This document shows, piece by piece, positions 53,001 to 64,000 of a stretch of 64,000 nucleotides of DNA. This DNA is from Octopus vulgaris (taxonomy: Eukaryota). Position 1 is the stretch's first letter, and each line of letters starts with the position of its first letter. The position numbers and the translations under genes are program-made. Where the stretch lies: positions 77,376,001 to 77,440,000 of the forward strand of contig OX597815.1 in assembly GCA_951406725.2 (NCBI GenBank). Reading direction: 5' to 3'. The notes under the pieces were generated by a model, which ran no database searches, had not been told where the DNA came from, and saw only the letters and a program-made list of their open reading frames with translations.

Positions 53001-53415
53001 TTCCGTACTACTATTGTTTATATTTCACTCAGAGATTTAATATAACATATCTCTCTCTTTTACAAGATCAGCAACGGTGAGTCGCTAGAAAAGTATATAG
53101 CAATTTGTGAGTGGAATAAGTTTTCACCACTAGCTAGTGATTAACACATGCTGAGGACAGGTGACCATCCAGAAACCCGAGTCCATGTGTATCACGTAAA
53201 ACTAGAGATGGGAGCGATGACCTCCCTTCACAAATACTAAATGGACACAGACTGTGTGTCATTAGTCAGCTGGAGGGGATGTCTTCCTGGGGGCTATAAA
53301 CAACAGTAGCGCTCTCCTGTATAGGGCACCACACTTAGTTAGCAAGTATATTTTACAATTCCGTACTACTACTGTTTATATCTTGCTCAGAGATTTAATA
53401 TATCTTTCTCTTTTA
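53001..53415 (+). mobile_element. Retrozyme/Penelope-pLTR-like unit (358-bp period)
   Basis: ~60-bp direct repeat TTCCGTACTACTA.TGTTTATAT..CTCAGAGATTTAATA at 53001 and 53359 enclosing one HHR and the hairpin module. Confidence 0.78.
53144..53190 (+). ncRNA. Minimal type I hammerhead ribozyme
   Basis: Perfect 7-bp stem I ACACAUG/CAUGUGU; CUGAGGA; short stem II; GAAAC-CCGA-GUC. Confidence 0.88.
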
Positions 53416-53461
53416 TATACATATATATATATATACACACAAATATATGTATATATATATA

Positions 53462-53500
<39 letters not shown>

Positions 53501-53597
53501 GAGATAAATGCTCAAGATGTTGTTAATCTATTTATATCATGAAGTCCTCTACATATGTTTTGACGAGTACACTCCAAAATGTTCGGCAGGATAAATA

Positions 53598-53661
<64 letters not shown>

Positions 53662-53676
53662 ATGTATATATGTGTG

Positions 53677-53715
<39 letters not shown>

Positions 53716-53752
53716 ATATATATATATATATACGTATGTATATATGCATGTG

Positions 53753-53796
<44 letters not shown>

Positions 53797-54117
53797 TATT
53801 TGTGTGTGTGTGTGTGCGAGCATGTATGTGAGTATGTATATATTTTTGGGCAAATGTGTGGGTGAGCATGTGTGTGTTTCAAGTGAGGGTGGATGAGTAT
53901 ATACATAAAGGTGCATATATGTGGGGGTGCGGGCATGAATGTATATGTATGGATATGCGTGCTTAAGCAATTACTATGAACATTTTTACTCTCTTACCTT
54001 TACTCCTTCCCCTTACTTAGCAGTCATTCTAATAGCTCTTCTGTCTTAATAACGGTCAATGACACAGTAATTGCCCTTTGTTTTAATGGTAATTTTCATA
54101 GCATTTTTTCGATGGCC

Positions 54118-54180
54118 TGATAACTGAAGAGATGCTGCCATGGGTTTCCGCCCCAACATCTGAAACTCAGAGTTTTATCA
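54118..54180 (+). ncRNA. Type I hammerhead ribozyme
   Basis: Stem I UGAUAA/UUAUCA; CUGAAGA; GAUG..CAUC stem II; GAAAC-UCAGA-GUU. Confidence 0.75.
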
Positions 54181-54223
54181 TGGCTACCGAATAATTGTCA
54201 CATATTCTATTTACAGAGACATA

Positions 54224-54280
<57 letters not shown>

Positions 54281-54283
54281 ATA

Positions 54284-54335
<52 letters not shown>

Positions 54336-54410
54336 TATATACATATATACTAAATTTATAATTATATAGATAATTATATTAAAGGGTGTTGATTTACCAC
54401 AACTACATGA

Positions 54411-54680
54411 TAGAAATAGATGCCAAATGGCTCTAAAAACCACCTCACTGCTCCATTAGCACATGTTGTAATCAGGCAGTTGAAAAAATATATAAAAACC
54501 TTTTAGATCAATTGTATATCGAATGATTTCAAACTTAGCATTATGAAAACACCTTGCATTATGAAATTGTTCGATATACACTTGATCTAAATATCTTATT
54601 TATTTTTTCACCTACCCAATTACAACCTGTGCTAATGGAGTAGTGAGGTAACTTTTAGAGCCATTTGGTATCTATTTCTA
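54411..54680. repeat. Diverged inverted repeat (~120-bp arms) between (TA)n tracts
   Basis: TAGAAATAGATGCCAAATGGCTCTAAAA... / ...TTTTAGAGCCATTTGGTATCTATTTCTA. Confidence 0.85.
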
Positions 54681-54690
54681 GCATATATAA

Positions 54691-54733
<43 letters not shown>

Positions 54734-55751
54734 CATACACAGACGTGTGTGTATATGTGGCTGTGTGTGATCTTGGCCAGTTTCACACAAGGATGACTAC
54801 CATCAAAACGGACTTTTTAAAAATGTAGCATCAAAGCTTTTTGCTTTTTATTTGGCATGAAGAGAACAGCTGAGAGATGAACTAATGATCTGAGTTGGAG
54901 GTGAACCAAGTCAGAAATAATGCAAACATCCCTCTAACTATTCATACAGAAACCAACAAACCTCCCACCCAACTTGCCTGTACTGATATATGCATTAATG
55001 TACGCTTAAATAGTCACAGAAATATACATATGTATATGCATGTATGTATATATGTATATGTAGATGCACATATATATATGTAGATGCACATATATATATA
55101 TGTAGATGCACATACACACACACGCACACACAAGCATATTTTATCTTATATCTGTTTCATTTGACTGCAGCTATGCTGAGTCACTGCCTTAAAGAATTTT
55201 TAGTCAAACAGTTTGACCTCAGTACTTATTTATTTAACTTTTTTTTAAACTTGGTACTTTTTCTATCGGTCTCTTTTGCTGAACCTTGGTCACCTATACA
55301 AATAAACTTACCCTCGTTCATTGAATACTTTCTTCGCCTTCATTTACTCCCCTATCTCCACCTCTTAAGTACTCATTTCTGGTCTTTCTTTTATCATTGT
55401 TCTCTCTCCCAAATTTACATTTACTGTGTACAAGGTCCCATTTCACCATAGGTGAAATGGTTGGTTTAATGAGCAGAGTAAATGTAAGGTTTGAAGTTTC
55501 TCTTGTCCAGGCTTACCAAGGACTGTTTACCCCCCCCCCCAGTGCTACTGTCATACAAAAATATATCCAGAACAATCTGTAAAGTAGGTGGCATTAGGAA
55601 GGGCATCCAAGTATAGAAACCATGCCAAAGACATGTATGAGCACCTAGTCTTTGGGAGTAGTGACTCCCAACAGGAAGTGATTTGGGCATTAATGATTTG
55701 TCCAGGATATGTTATATTAAATCTCTGCCAAGATGGAAAGATGACATAAAA

Positions 55752-55789
<38 letters not shown>

Positions 55790-57827
55790 AGAAGTGGTGG
55801 TGGTTTCGGGTGTGGTGAAGATGATATATACAAATGGCCATCATTCAAATACAATTCTTTCAAAATTCATCTGTTGATTATCTTTGCCAGACTCATACTA
55901 AATTTCACTCATAAGTAGTAATATTTAACTATCATATTTTAATGAACACACACCCACAAACACATACACACACGCACACACACACACGCATATACACACA
56001 CACTTATTCATGTACACACACATACCCCGCAATATCCTGTCACTTATATCATGGCATTTGAACTCCAAGTGTATGCCCTGGCACTTGCCACTATCTATAT
56101 CTCTCTCTTCTTTTACTCAACAATTTCATTTATACTCTGATCCCCATTCCTTGTGAGCATGCCTGGCATTTTGCCACCATCTCCATTCTGTGGTCTCCCA
56201 TTCTCTCTCTCTCTCTCTCTCTCCCTTCTCCTGCACTTCCCTCAGGCTGGGCTACCATGTATTTCCTTTGCGGTAGCACACCTGTTTCTGTCTCCATCTC
56301 TGATCTTTCTCTCTCTGGCTGGGTAACCTTGTACATCCTCTTCAGCAAGACACCTATATCTGTCTCACTATAACCTTTCCATCATCACCTCCTCCCCTCT
56401 TAAAAGTTTTTGTCCTGCAAGTACTTAGTGACCCTGTCAGTGCAGGTACCACTGAAAAGCACCCAGTCCACACTGTAAAGTGGTTGGTGTTTGGAAGGGC
56501 ATCCAGCTGTTAAGTTGTGAAAAGTGTTTCTCTGCTATATTGGGTATTTACTGAAAAACAAATGGAAAATTGGATATTTTCCACCCCTATAAAAGAAACT
56601 GTTTTTCCTTGTATTGAATTATATATATAAACATTCTTGGTTTACTCCTAGGTCTCTTGTCAATTGGCTCAGATCAAAGAATTGGTCTTGCTATTCTTTC
56701 CTGCAACATTCTAATCTGACTAACAAATTGTCTAAATTAAATGACAAAGCTTCGGTTATCCTATGGGTACAGTAGAAGATGCCGTACAATTATTTTACTA
56801 AAACACAGAATATGGCGCATTCCAAGTTCTTGAAACAGGTCTACTTCTTCTCTGATAGAATGTCAAAAAAAGAAGTGGGTTAGAATTTATCTTTCAAGTT
56901 CAAAGTTTACTAACTTCAGCTTTGTTGGTCAATTTTTCTATGGTCAATGAAATAGAAAAACAATACAAGTAATTTGTGTTAAGTGAACAGACTTAAAACC
57001 TTTTGTAAATTTTTGGCCTCATATCATGTGTCAAATTTTGAAATCACTATCATAGTCACTACTGTTATGGCTACTACTGCTGCTACCACAACAACAACGA
57101 TCACCACTACCACTAGTTTTTATGATAATAGGGTTTAGATAATAGGGTTTAGTTTGAAGGCAATTTCACTGCCTTTTCTTGCAAATTGAGTAATGATGTA
57201 AAAATTTTCCCTTTGTTAGTGATTGTGATGTTGGTAGAGCCATTATTTTTGTCTGTAAATTGGTAAGTTGATAAGCTATTGGTCTACCAATCTTGTGTTT
57301 TATTTCATCCCACGATTCAGAGCATCTCTGTGTGAGACACCATAATTCTAATTGGTTGGTTTAACTCAGCTGGGAGTTATAGCAACAGTGTCTTCTAAGA
57401 AAATAACGTGACATAGCTTAGCTTTTGATTTGCTATGTGGTTTGTGATTTATCTCTGCTTGGGACAAGTAGTTAGCAGAGTTAAGGATATGCTTTTGTGA
57501 CTTTATGATTATAATAAAAAGATTAACCAACATTTATACAAATACAGTCACATGCACTGCCATACAGGTAGACACACAGACACACACAGGCACAGACACA
57601 CAAACATGCACACACACACACACACACACAAACACACATGTGCTAAGTGTGTGAATATGTGTAATCATTTCATTTCTTTTACACTCGTCTTTATATGCAG
57701 TCTCCAACAATAATCAATAACTTCTAGACATTGATGGTTTCTCAGTTAGGTTAACCTGCCCTTCACATGCTTTATGAAAATAAACCACATGATGATGACT
57801 TAATGACCTAAGGAGTGTTTTTTCCTG

Positions 57828-57863
<36 letters not shown>

Positions 57864-57956
57864 GTGAGTATATATTATTTAGCCTGGTCAATTAACTTGT
57901 GGAAAACATTAAACCATTTACACATTTACTGATAGTGGAGTCTGAAATTTTTTGAT

Positions 57957-58068
57957 AATATTGATCTGACTGAGACCTCAGGTTTCTCCCTTAATGGTTT
58001 ATCTAAGCAGTTTGGTTGAATAAGCCTTTAAAGGTGAAACCTGAGTTGAGCCCTGTCAAATCAATATA
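57957..58068. repeat. Imperfect hairpin containing the 3' half of an HHR-like motif
   Basis: ATATTGATCTGAC..CTCAGGTTTC / GAAACCTGAG..GTCAAATCAATAT. Confidence 0.7.
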
Positions 58069-58160
58069 ATATTATACTAAAGTTTTATATAAATATATAT
58101 AAAGATACATACACATACACATATATATAGATTTAGTTTTAAATATATTTATATATGTAT

Positions 58161-58197
<37 letters not shown>

Positions 58198-58279
58198 CAT
58201 ATATTTATGTATAAATTTTTTAATAGGGAAATGGAGGATATTAAAACAAACGCAGTTATAAATAATAGCATGTAAATAT

Positions 58280-58472
58280 TCTTTTCTCCTCTAGGCACAA
58301 GGCTTGAAATTTTGTGGGAGGGGACCAGTATGCAACTGGTACTTAATTTATCAACCCTGAAAGAATGAAAGGCAAAGTTGACCTCGGCAGAATTTGAACT
58401 CACAACATAAAGATGCGCGAAATGCCGCTAAGCATTCTGCCCTGCGTGCTAACGATTCTGCCAGCTCACCGC
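58280..58472 (-). mobile_element. SINE family B
   Basis: Head, core and alternative tail. Confidence 0.85.
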
Positions 58473-58540
58473 TTTGATAGGAAAAGTTAAAAACTGCCTA
58501 GATATATATAAATACACACACACACACACACACACACATA

Positions 58541-58758
58541 CAAGGGAGTGCTGAAAAATTCCTGGTTTTAAGGGTATTGTGAAAGGACTGGTTGGAAGCC
58601 CAACCTTCCAAGTTGTTTTACAGGGCTTAGAAAACTGAAGGACTACTGCAATAAGTGTGTGAATCTGAGAGGGAAATATGTTGAATAAAATCATAATTAA
58701 CTGATCCTTCTGTGTTTTTCTTTTACCCAAAGCCAGGAACTTTTTCAGCACTCCCTCG
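58541..58758. mobile_element. Mariner-derived MITE
   Basis: TA|CAAGGGAGTGCTGAAAAATTCCTGG ... CCAGGAACTTTTTCAGCACTCCCTCG|TA; partial copies near 31095-31220 and 31938-32010. Confidence 0.88.
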
Positions 58759-59306
58759 TATGTGTGTGCATTATATGATAATGGTAAGTATTGAAATTCT
58801 ACTAGATAAAAGCTAAGCTAAATATTTTTATTCCATTTACATAGGAAAAATATCAAGATTTATATGATCATAAAAATATCAAGATTTATATGGTCACAAT
58901 GTGCTTCGCATTGTTTTAGCCTTCAAATGATGCCACCTTGCTGGCTAAGCGAGCAGGCCAACAGAAGAAAGAGTGAGAGAAAGTTGTGGCGAAAGAGTAC
59001 AGCAGGGATCGCCAATACCCACTGCTAGAGCCTCATTGAGCTTTAGGTGTTTTTGCTCAATAAACACTCACAATACCCATTCTGGGAATCGAAACCGCGA
59101 TCCTACGACCGTGAGTCCACTACCCTAACCACTGGGCCATTGCACCTCCACATCATATCATCATCATCATCATCATCATCATTTAACGTCTGTTTTCCAT
59201 GCTAGCATGGGTTGGACGGTTCGACCGGGGTTTGGAAAGCCAGGAGGCTACACCAGGCTCCAGTCTGATCTGGCAGTGTTTCTACAGCTGAATGCCCTTC
59301 CTAACG

Positions 59307-59351
<45 letters not shown>

Positions 59352-59396
59352 TTATAATCTTGAGTATGTATTTGAATATGTACATTTGTAAGAATT

Positions 59397-59438
<42 letters not shown>

Positions 59439-60467
59439 TATATATATTCATGTACATGTACATATCCAACATAATAAGTCAGTTATGTCTGTTTGTGTAT
59501 TATGTTTAAGATATTCTTTAGAAAATTGTAAATAAAAGATGTTTGTGCTTTGACTACTGCAGCTTCTGCTATTATTTCTTCTGTAAATAATGATAATCTT
59601 TGCCAGCTTTCTATTCCTCCTCCACCCCTCTTCCTACTTCTCCTAACCACCACCACCGCCACCACCACTACCAATATTACCATCATCACTACTACTACTA
59701 CTGCTGCTGCTGCACCTGCTGCCATCGCCACCATGATGATGTTTGCAGTTCTCCATGCCTTCAAGATTAAAGAATAGCATCCATGCTGCAGCAGAATTTA
59801 ACAACTTTGCTCTACAGTTCATATTCATTTATTATATCTTATTTTATTAATCAACACATCTACCAACCCATTAATGTACTTTCTCTTTTACTTATCAACT
59901 ACAAATCCTGTCTTATACACATTCTTGTCATTCTGATTCTTTGCAAAAAGTTATCAAAAATACTTATCAAATTCCACTCACCCGACATTTACATTGGACT
60001 TTTTACAAGCCAGCATAAGGAAATGAACGGAAACATCTACTAAATGATGATGATGATGACAACATGTTACATCTCCAGCAAAAATTTAAGCAGTGCAGTG
60101 AGAGTTAAGTTCCAATAAAAAAAAGTTGTTACTGGTTAAGTTGACTACCATGGAGGCCAAGTGGTTAGGCTGCTTGAATCATGATCATTAGAGCATGGGT
60201 TTGATTTTTGAATCAGGCATGGCATTGTGTCTTAGAGAATTGCACTTCTTTTCATATCACTCCAGCACACTCAGTTGAAAATGAGTAGCAGAGGTAGAAG
60301 CTAGAACTTAACCTTGTAATGAACCACTCCGCCATTCAGTGGAAAGCATATGTGTCTCCCATTCAGTGGGAAGCTTATGCTCTCAGTTGTTTAAAACACC
60401 AAGGAAACCAGAACAAGCTCTGGTTTAATGAGCCTATAAGCTCAAGATAGACTTCAACTTTGAAATT

Positions 60468-60660
60468 TCTGTATTTGATAGCATATAAGATGCATTTATT
60501 TTCAAAAAAATGTCTCAAAAAATCATTGGGGCCTTATATGCAAAATTGGGTCAATATTACATGCTTTAATGCACTAAAAACCATTTTTCCTGAATATACG
60601 TTGCTGAAGTTTGAGTGTTTCTAATATGCCTGTATGTCATTTATGTCATCAAATATGGTA
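60468..60660. mobile_element. Decayed pogo/Tc1-type MITE
   Basis: CTGTATTTGATAGCATATAAGATGCA ... TTTATGTCATCAAATATGG-TA termini. Confidence 0.5.
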
Positions 60661-62662
60661 ACTAACATTTTTCTAACATATTTTTTTGCTGCACTCAACT
60701 GAAAATTAATACCAATGGCAGCTGGGAGTCAGGCAGTGCTGGGAGTCAGGTCAACTCTTGTGACAGACTGGTGTTCTCTTGTATAGTCAGTCACTTAAAA
60801 CATATGGAAAATGGGAGAGCATTTAAACTGGCCATATCTGGCCCAAATATTCTACCCATTTTATGTTCAAACTGTCAAAATCTGGCCTGATACACCTTCC
60901 CTACAATGTCATTCTAAAAATATACAATCACGTCTTAAAAATCTGAAAGTTGCAAGATATTGCAGGATTAATTCAAAACTATGTGAATTAAAAAGTATTA
61001 AATCTGACAGAGTAATCTGAATGATAAAGTGTTAATGGGTCTGTGGTAAAGTAAAGTTACCTTTTTGAGTCATGCTGACTCATAAGGTCTGGTTTACTGG
61101 TTTCCATAGTGTATAAAATCCTCACCTGGACAGGATGCTGTCTGTCACAGGATTACTAATTTTTGCCTGCTGAGTGAACTGGAGCAATGAGAAATGAAGT
61201 GTTTTGTTCAAGAACACAACATGTCACTTGGTTAAAGAATCGAAACTACAATTTTACAATCACGAGCCCAGCACCTTAACCACTAAGCTACATGCTTCCA
61301 CAAATAGGCCTGTAGGCTTGAGACAGGCCTCATTTTATATCTCTCTGTCCTTCTACTTAGTCAAAAGGAATCAATATGACTGGCTCCATAGAAAATGGCT
61401 AAAAGCAAAACAGCATCAGTAGCAGCATCAGGAACAGTAACAATAGCAATGTTCATTGAAACAACACTAATACTACTGTTAATCAATTATTGAACTACTA
61501 GTTTTACAGGTTGTCAAGATGTTTCTAAGGTGTGGAAAAAAAAAATTAGGTATCTTAATTAGCTATGTACATACACACTCAAAATCTAGTAACTTCTCAG
61601 AAACAGGTTAAGGCTATTCAATATCTATGTGTCTTCTTTTTTTAAGCTTCTCTTATATATTTTTCCACTTACTTCAGTAATACCCATAACAGTCTATCAA
61701 CAACGGACATTTGTGGCTGGGTCCTGGATTAGATTCATAGCTTACAGTTCTTAATTTAACTCCTGCACAGAAGAGCTTAACCTTTCATCTTATTTCAAGT
61801 ATTATTGTAATGATGACAATGACAACGACGATAATGGTGGTGGTGGTGATGGTGGTGATGGTGGTGATCATGGTCATGGTCATGGTGGTGGCCGTGGTGA
61901 TATTGGTGGTTTTGGTGGTTTCAAATTTTGGCACAAGGCCAGTAATTCCAGGTGAAGGTTAAGTCAGTTACATTAACCCCTAGCTTTCAACTGGTACTTT
62001 AATTTATTGAATCCAAAAAAAAATGAAAGACTAAGTCGACCTTAGGGAAATTTGAACTCAGAAATGCTGCAAAATATGCTGTCTGGGCATGGCACCAACT
62101 TGCACATACACACATACACACACACATTTATGTATTTATGCATATATAAATTCCTTTATGCAAGTATAAATTCCATGCATGTACATTTGCAGGCATATGT
62201 ATGTCATTCTTTGTGTATGTGTATCTACAAAGACAAATTTATAAAAAGATATCTAATAGGATGTCTTGCAAAAAAAATAAAAAATTAATTAATTAATTCA
62301 ATAATCTCATTTCTAATTTAATCCCATCACAATCTAATGATCAATTTAACTGCTTAATGTCTCTTTGGAGAACAGATTATGATGTTCTTAGGTATATAGC
62401 CAGCTGTCAGTTTGACAGCAGGAAAGTTTGCTGTAAGAGATATCACAGCTGGATTCAAACAGGTCAAGTAATTATATAGACAGTTTCCCTTTCTTTGTCT
62501 TTAATTCACTAACATGTTAGAGGAGTAAACACACACACATGCATATATGAACATACTTACATACATGCACACATGCATACATATGCACATAAATACAAAC
62601 ATATGCTACAAATACCTGGACATTGATGAAAACATACACAAAAGTTCTACAAATAAAGATAG

Positions 62663-63276
62663 AGTGACCTGAGAATATTGGAAACATGCTGTGCTTGAGA
62701 AGACCTGGCAAACCAAGTGAGACCATAACCTTGTAGCCTATGCCAGGGGTGTAACCAGCCCACTTATGCATACCTTTCCTTCATTGGACACTAAACTCTG
62801 CTTGCAACGACCTGTTGAGGCAAGTGAAATCGAAATCAAATTCGATGACTGGCATCCATGCTAGTGGAGCGCTAAGAGCATCATCAGAGCATGATCATTG
62901 CCAGAGCAGCTAACAAGCTTCCGTGCTGGTGACATGTAAAAAGCACCTTTCAAGCATGATCATTACCAGCATTGCCTTACTGGCACATGAAAAACATTCG
63001 AGCAAGGTCGTTGCCAGTGCTTCTGGACTGGCTCCTGTGCAGGTGGCACATAAAAAACACCATTGCCAGCACTGCCTGACTCGCCCTCATGCCAGTGGCA
63101 CGTAAAAGCACCCACTACACTCTTGGAGTAGTTGGCATTAGGAAGGGCATCTAGCTGCAGAAACTCTGCCAGATCAGACTGGAGCCTGGTGCAGCCATCT
63201 GGTTTACCAGTCCTCAGTCAAATCGTCCAACCCATGCTAGCATGGAAAGCAGACGTTAAACGATGATGCTGATGAT
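62663..63276 (+). mobile_element. RTE 3' end with repeated 3' UTR
   Basis: Homologous to 33441-34093, ending GACGTTAAAC(GAT)n. Confidence 0.85.
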
Positions 63277-64000
63277 ATATGTATATATGTGTGCATATAC
63301 ACACATAATGCATCCATTCATCCATCCATTCATCTATACATCCATGTATGTATGTATGTATGTATTTATACAAAATAAATGAAGTTGAAATGTTAAAAGA
63401 ATATGTGAAGAGTTATTTAAATTTTTAAATAATTATCCGTAACTGGTTTCACATTTGGCAACTTTCAAAAGTGTATATTATGAGGAATGGGAAATTATGC
63501 TGCAAACTGTATCTTCTATGGACCTTGTTCTAAAATTCGTTTGTTTTTATACACAAAATGTGGCTCAAATTAATAACAGTTAATGTTCAGATTGATTTGT
63601 TGAGGATAGTCATGTGACAGTCACATGGGAAGGTCATTGCAAAGCTTTAGTCCAGTATATATATATCACATGATAGTTAGAATAATAGCTATGAAAGGTG
63701 AAAATCTAGACCTTAGGGCTGTTTTAGCCAGCAGCTGTGTGAGCAGCAATTATCTTATTTAGCTATGGCTAAATAAGATAATTTTTGTCTTACAATGTTT
63801 TTATGTATGTTTCAGTTTTCTTTACCAAAATGTAGTCAAAAAAGTTGAAAAAGAAATGTTACTTTAAATCTTTTTTGCATTCACATTGTTACATGAAAAG
63901 TAAAGCTTTTTTATTCACATGTTTTGGATTCATCATGCATTATTTTGTAACTTTGAGATTTTGATGAGGTAATTTTTAGAATGATATTGTAGGGTTGGTG

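Noticed and set aside
61355-61421. Plus-strand splice-acceptor-like site and short frame (also 40481-40530 and 62392-62462)
   Set aside because: Isolated, with no consistent partner exons or recognisable peptide.

Overview
AT-rich, extremely repeat-dense animal genomic DNA. The SINE families, RTE tails and microsatellite load point to an octopus-type cephalopod genome (inference). Nearly all supplied ORFs are microsatellite artefacts. The window holds three tRNA-derived SINE families, RTE and Tx1/L1-clade LINE relics, mariner and maT (DD37D-like) transposon relics, MITEs, a CpG-decayed U6 snRNA pseudogene, and two candidate terminal coding exons of an unidentified minus-strand gene (48405-48261, 45537-45506). 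The most notable signal is a set of about 10 sequence-diverse minimal type I hammerhead ribozyme (HHR) motifs associated with Penelope-like or retrozyme-like units. In three diverged copies the HHR is followed at near-constant spacing by the same three-hairpin module with compensatory base changes. A fourth copy has folded back into a 209-bp palindrome exactly at one of those hairpins. A second notable signal is a SINE 3' tail matching the 3' ends of Tx1-like LINEs that sit in microsatellites. All alignments and folds were done by eye; no database search was run.
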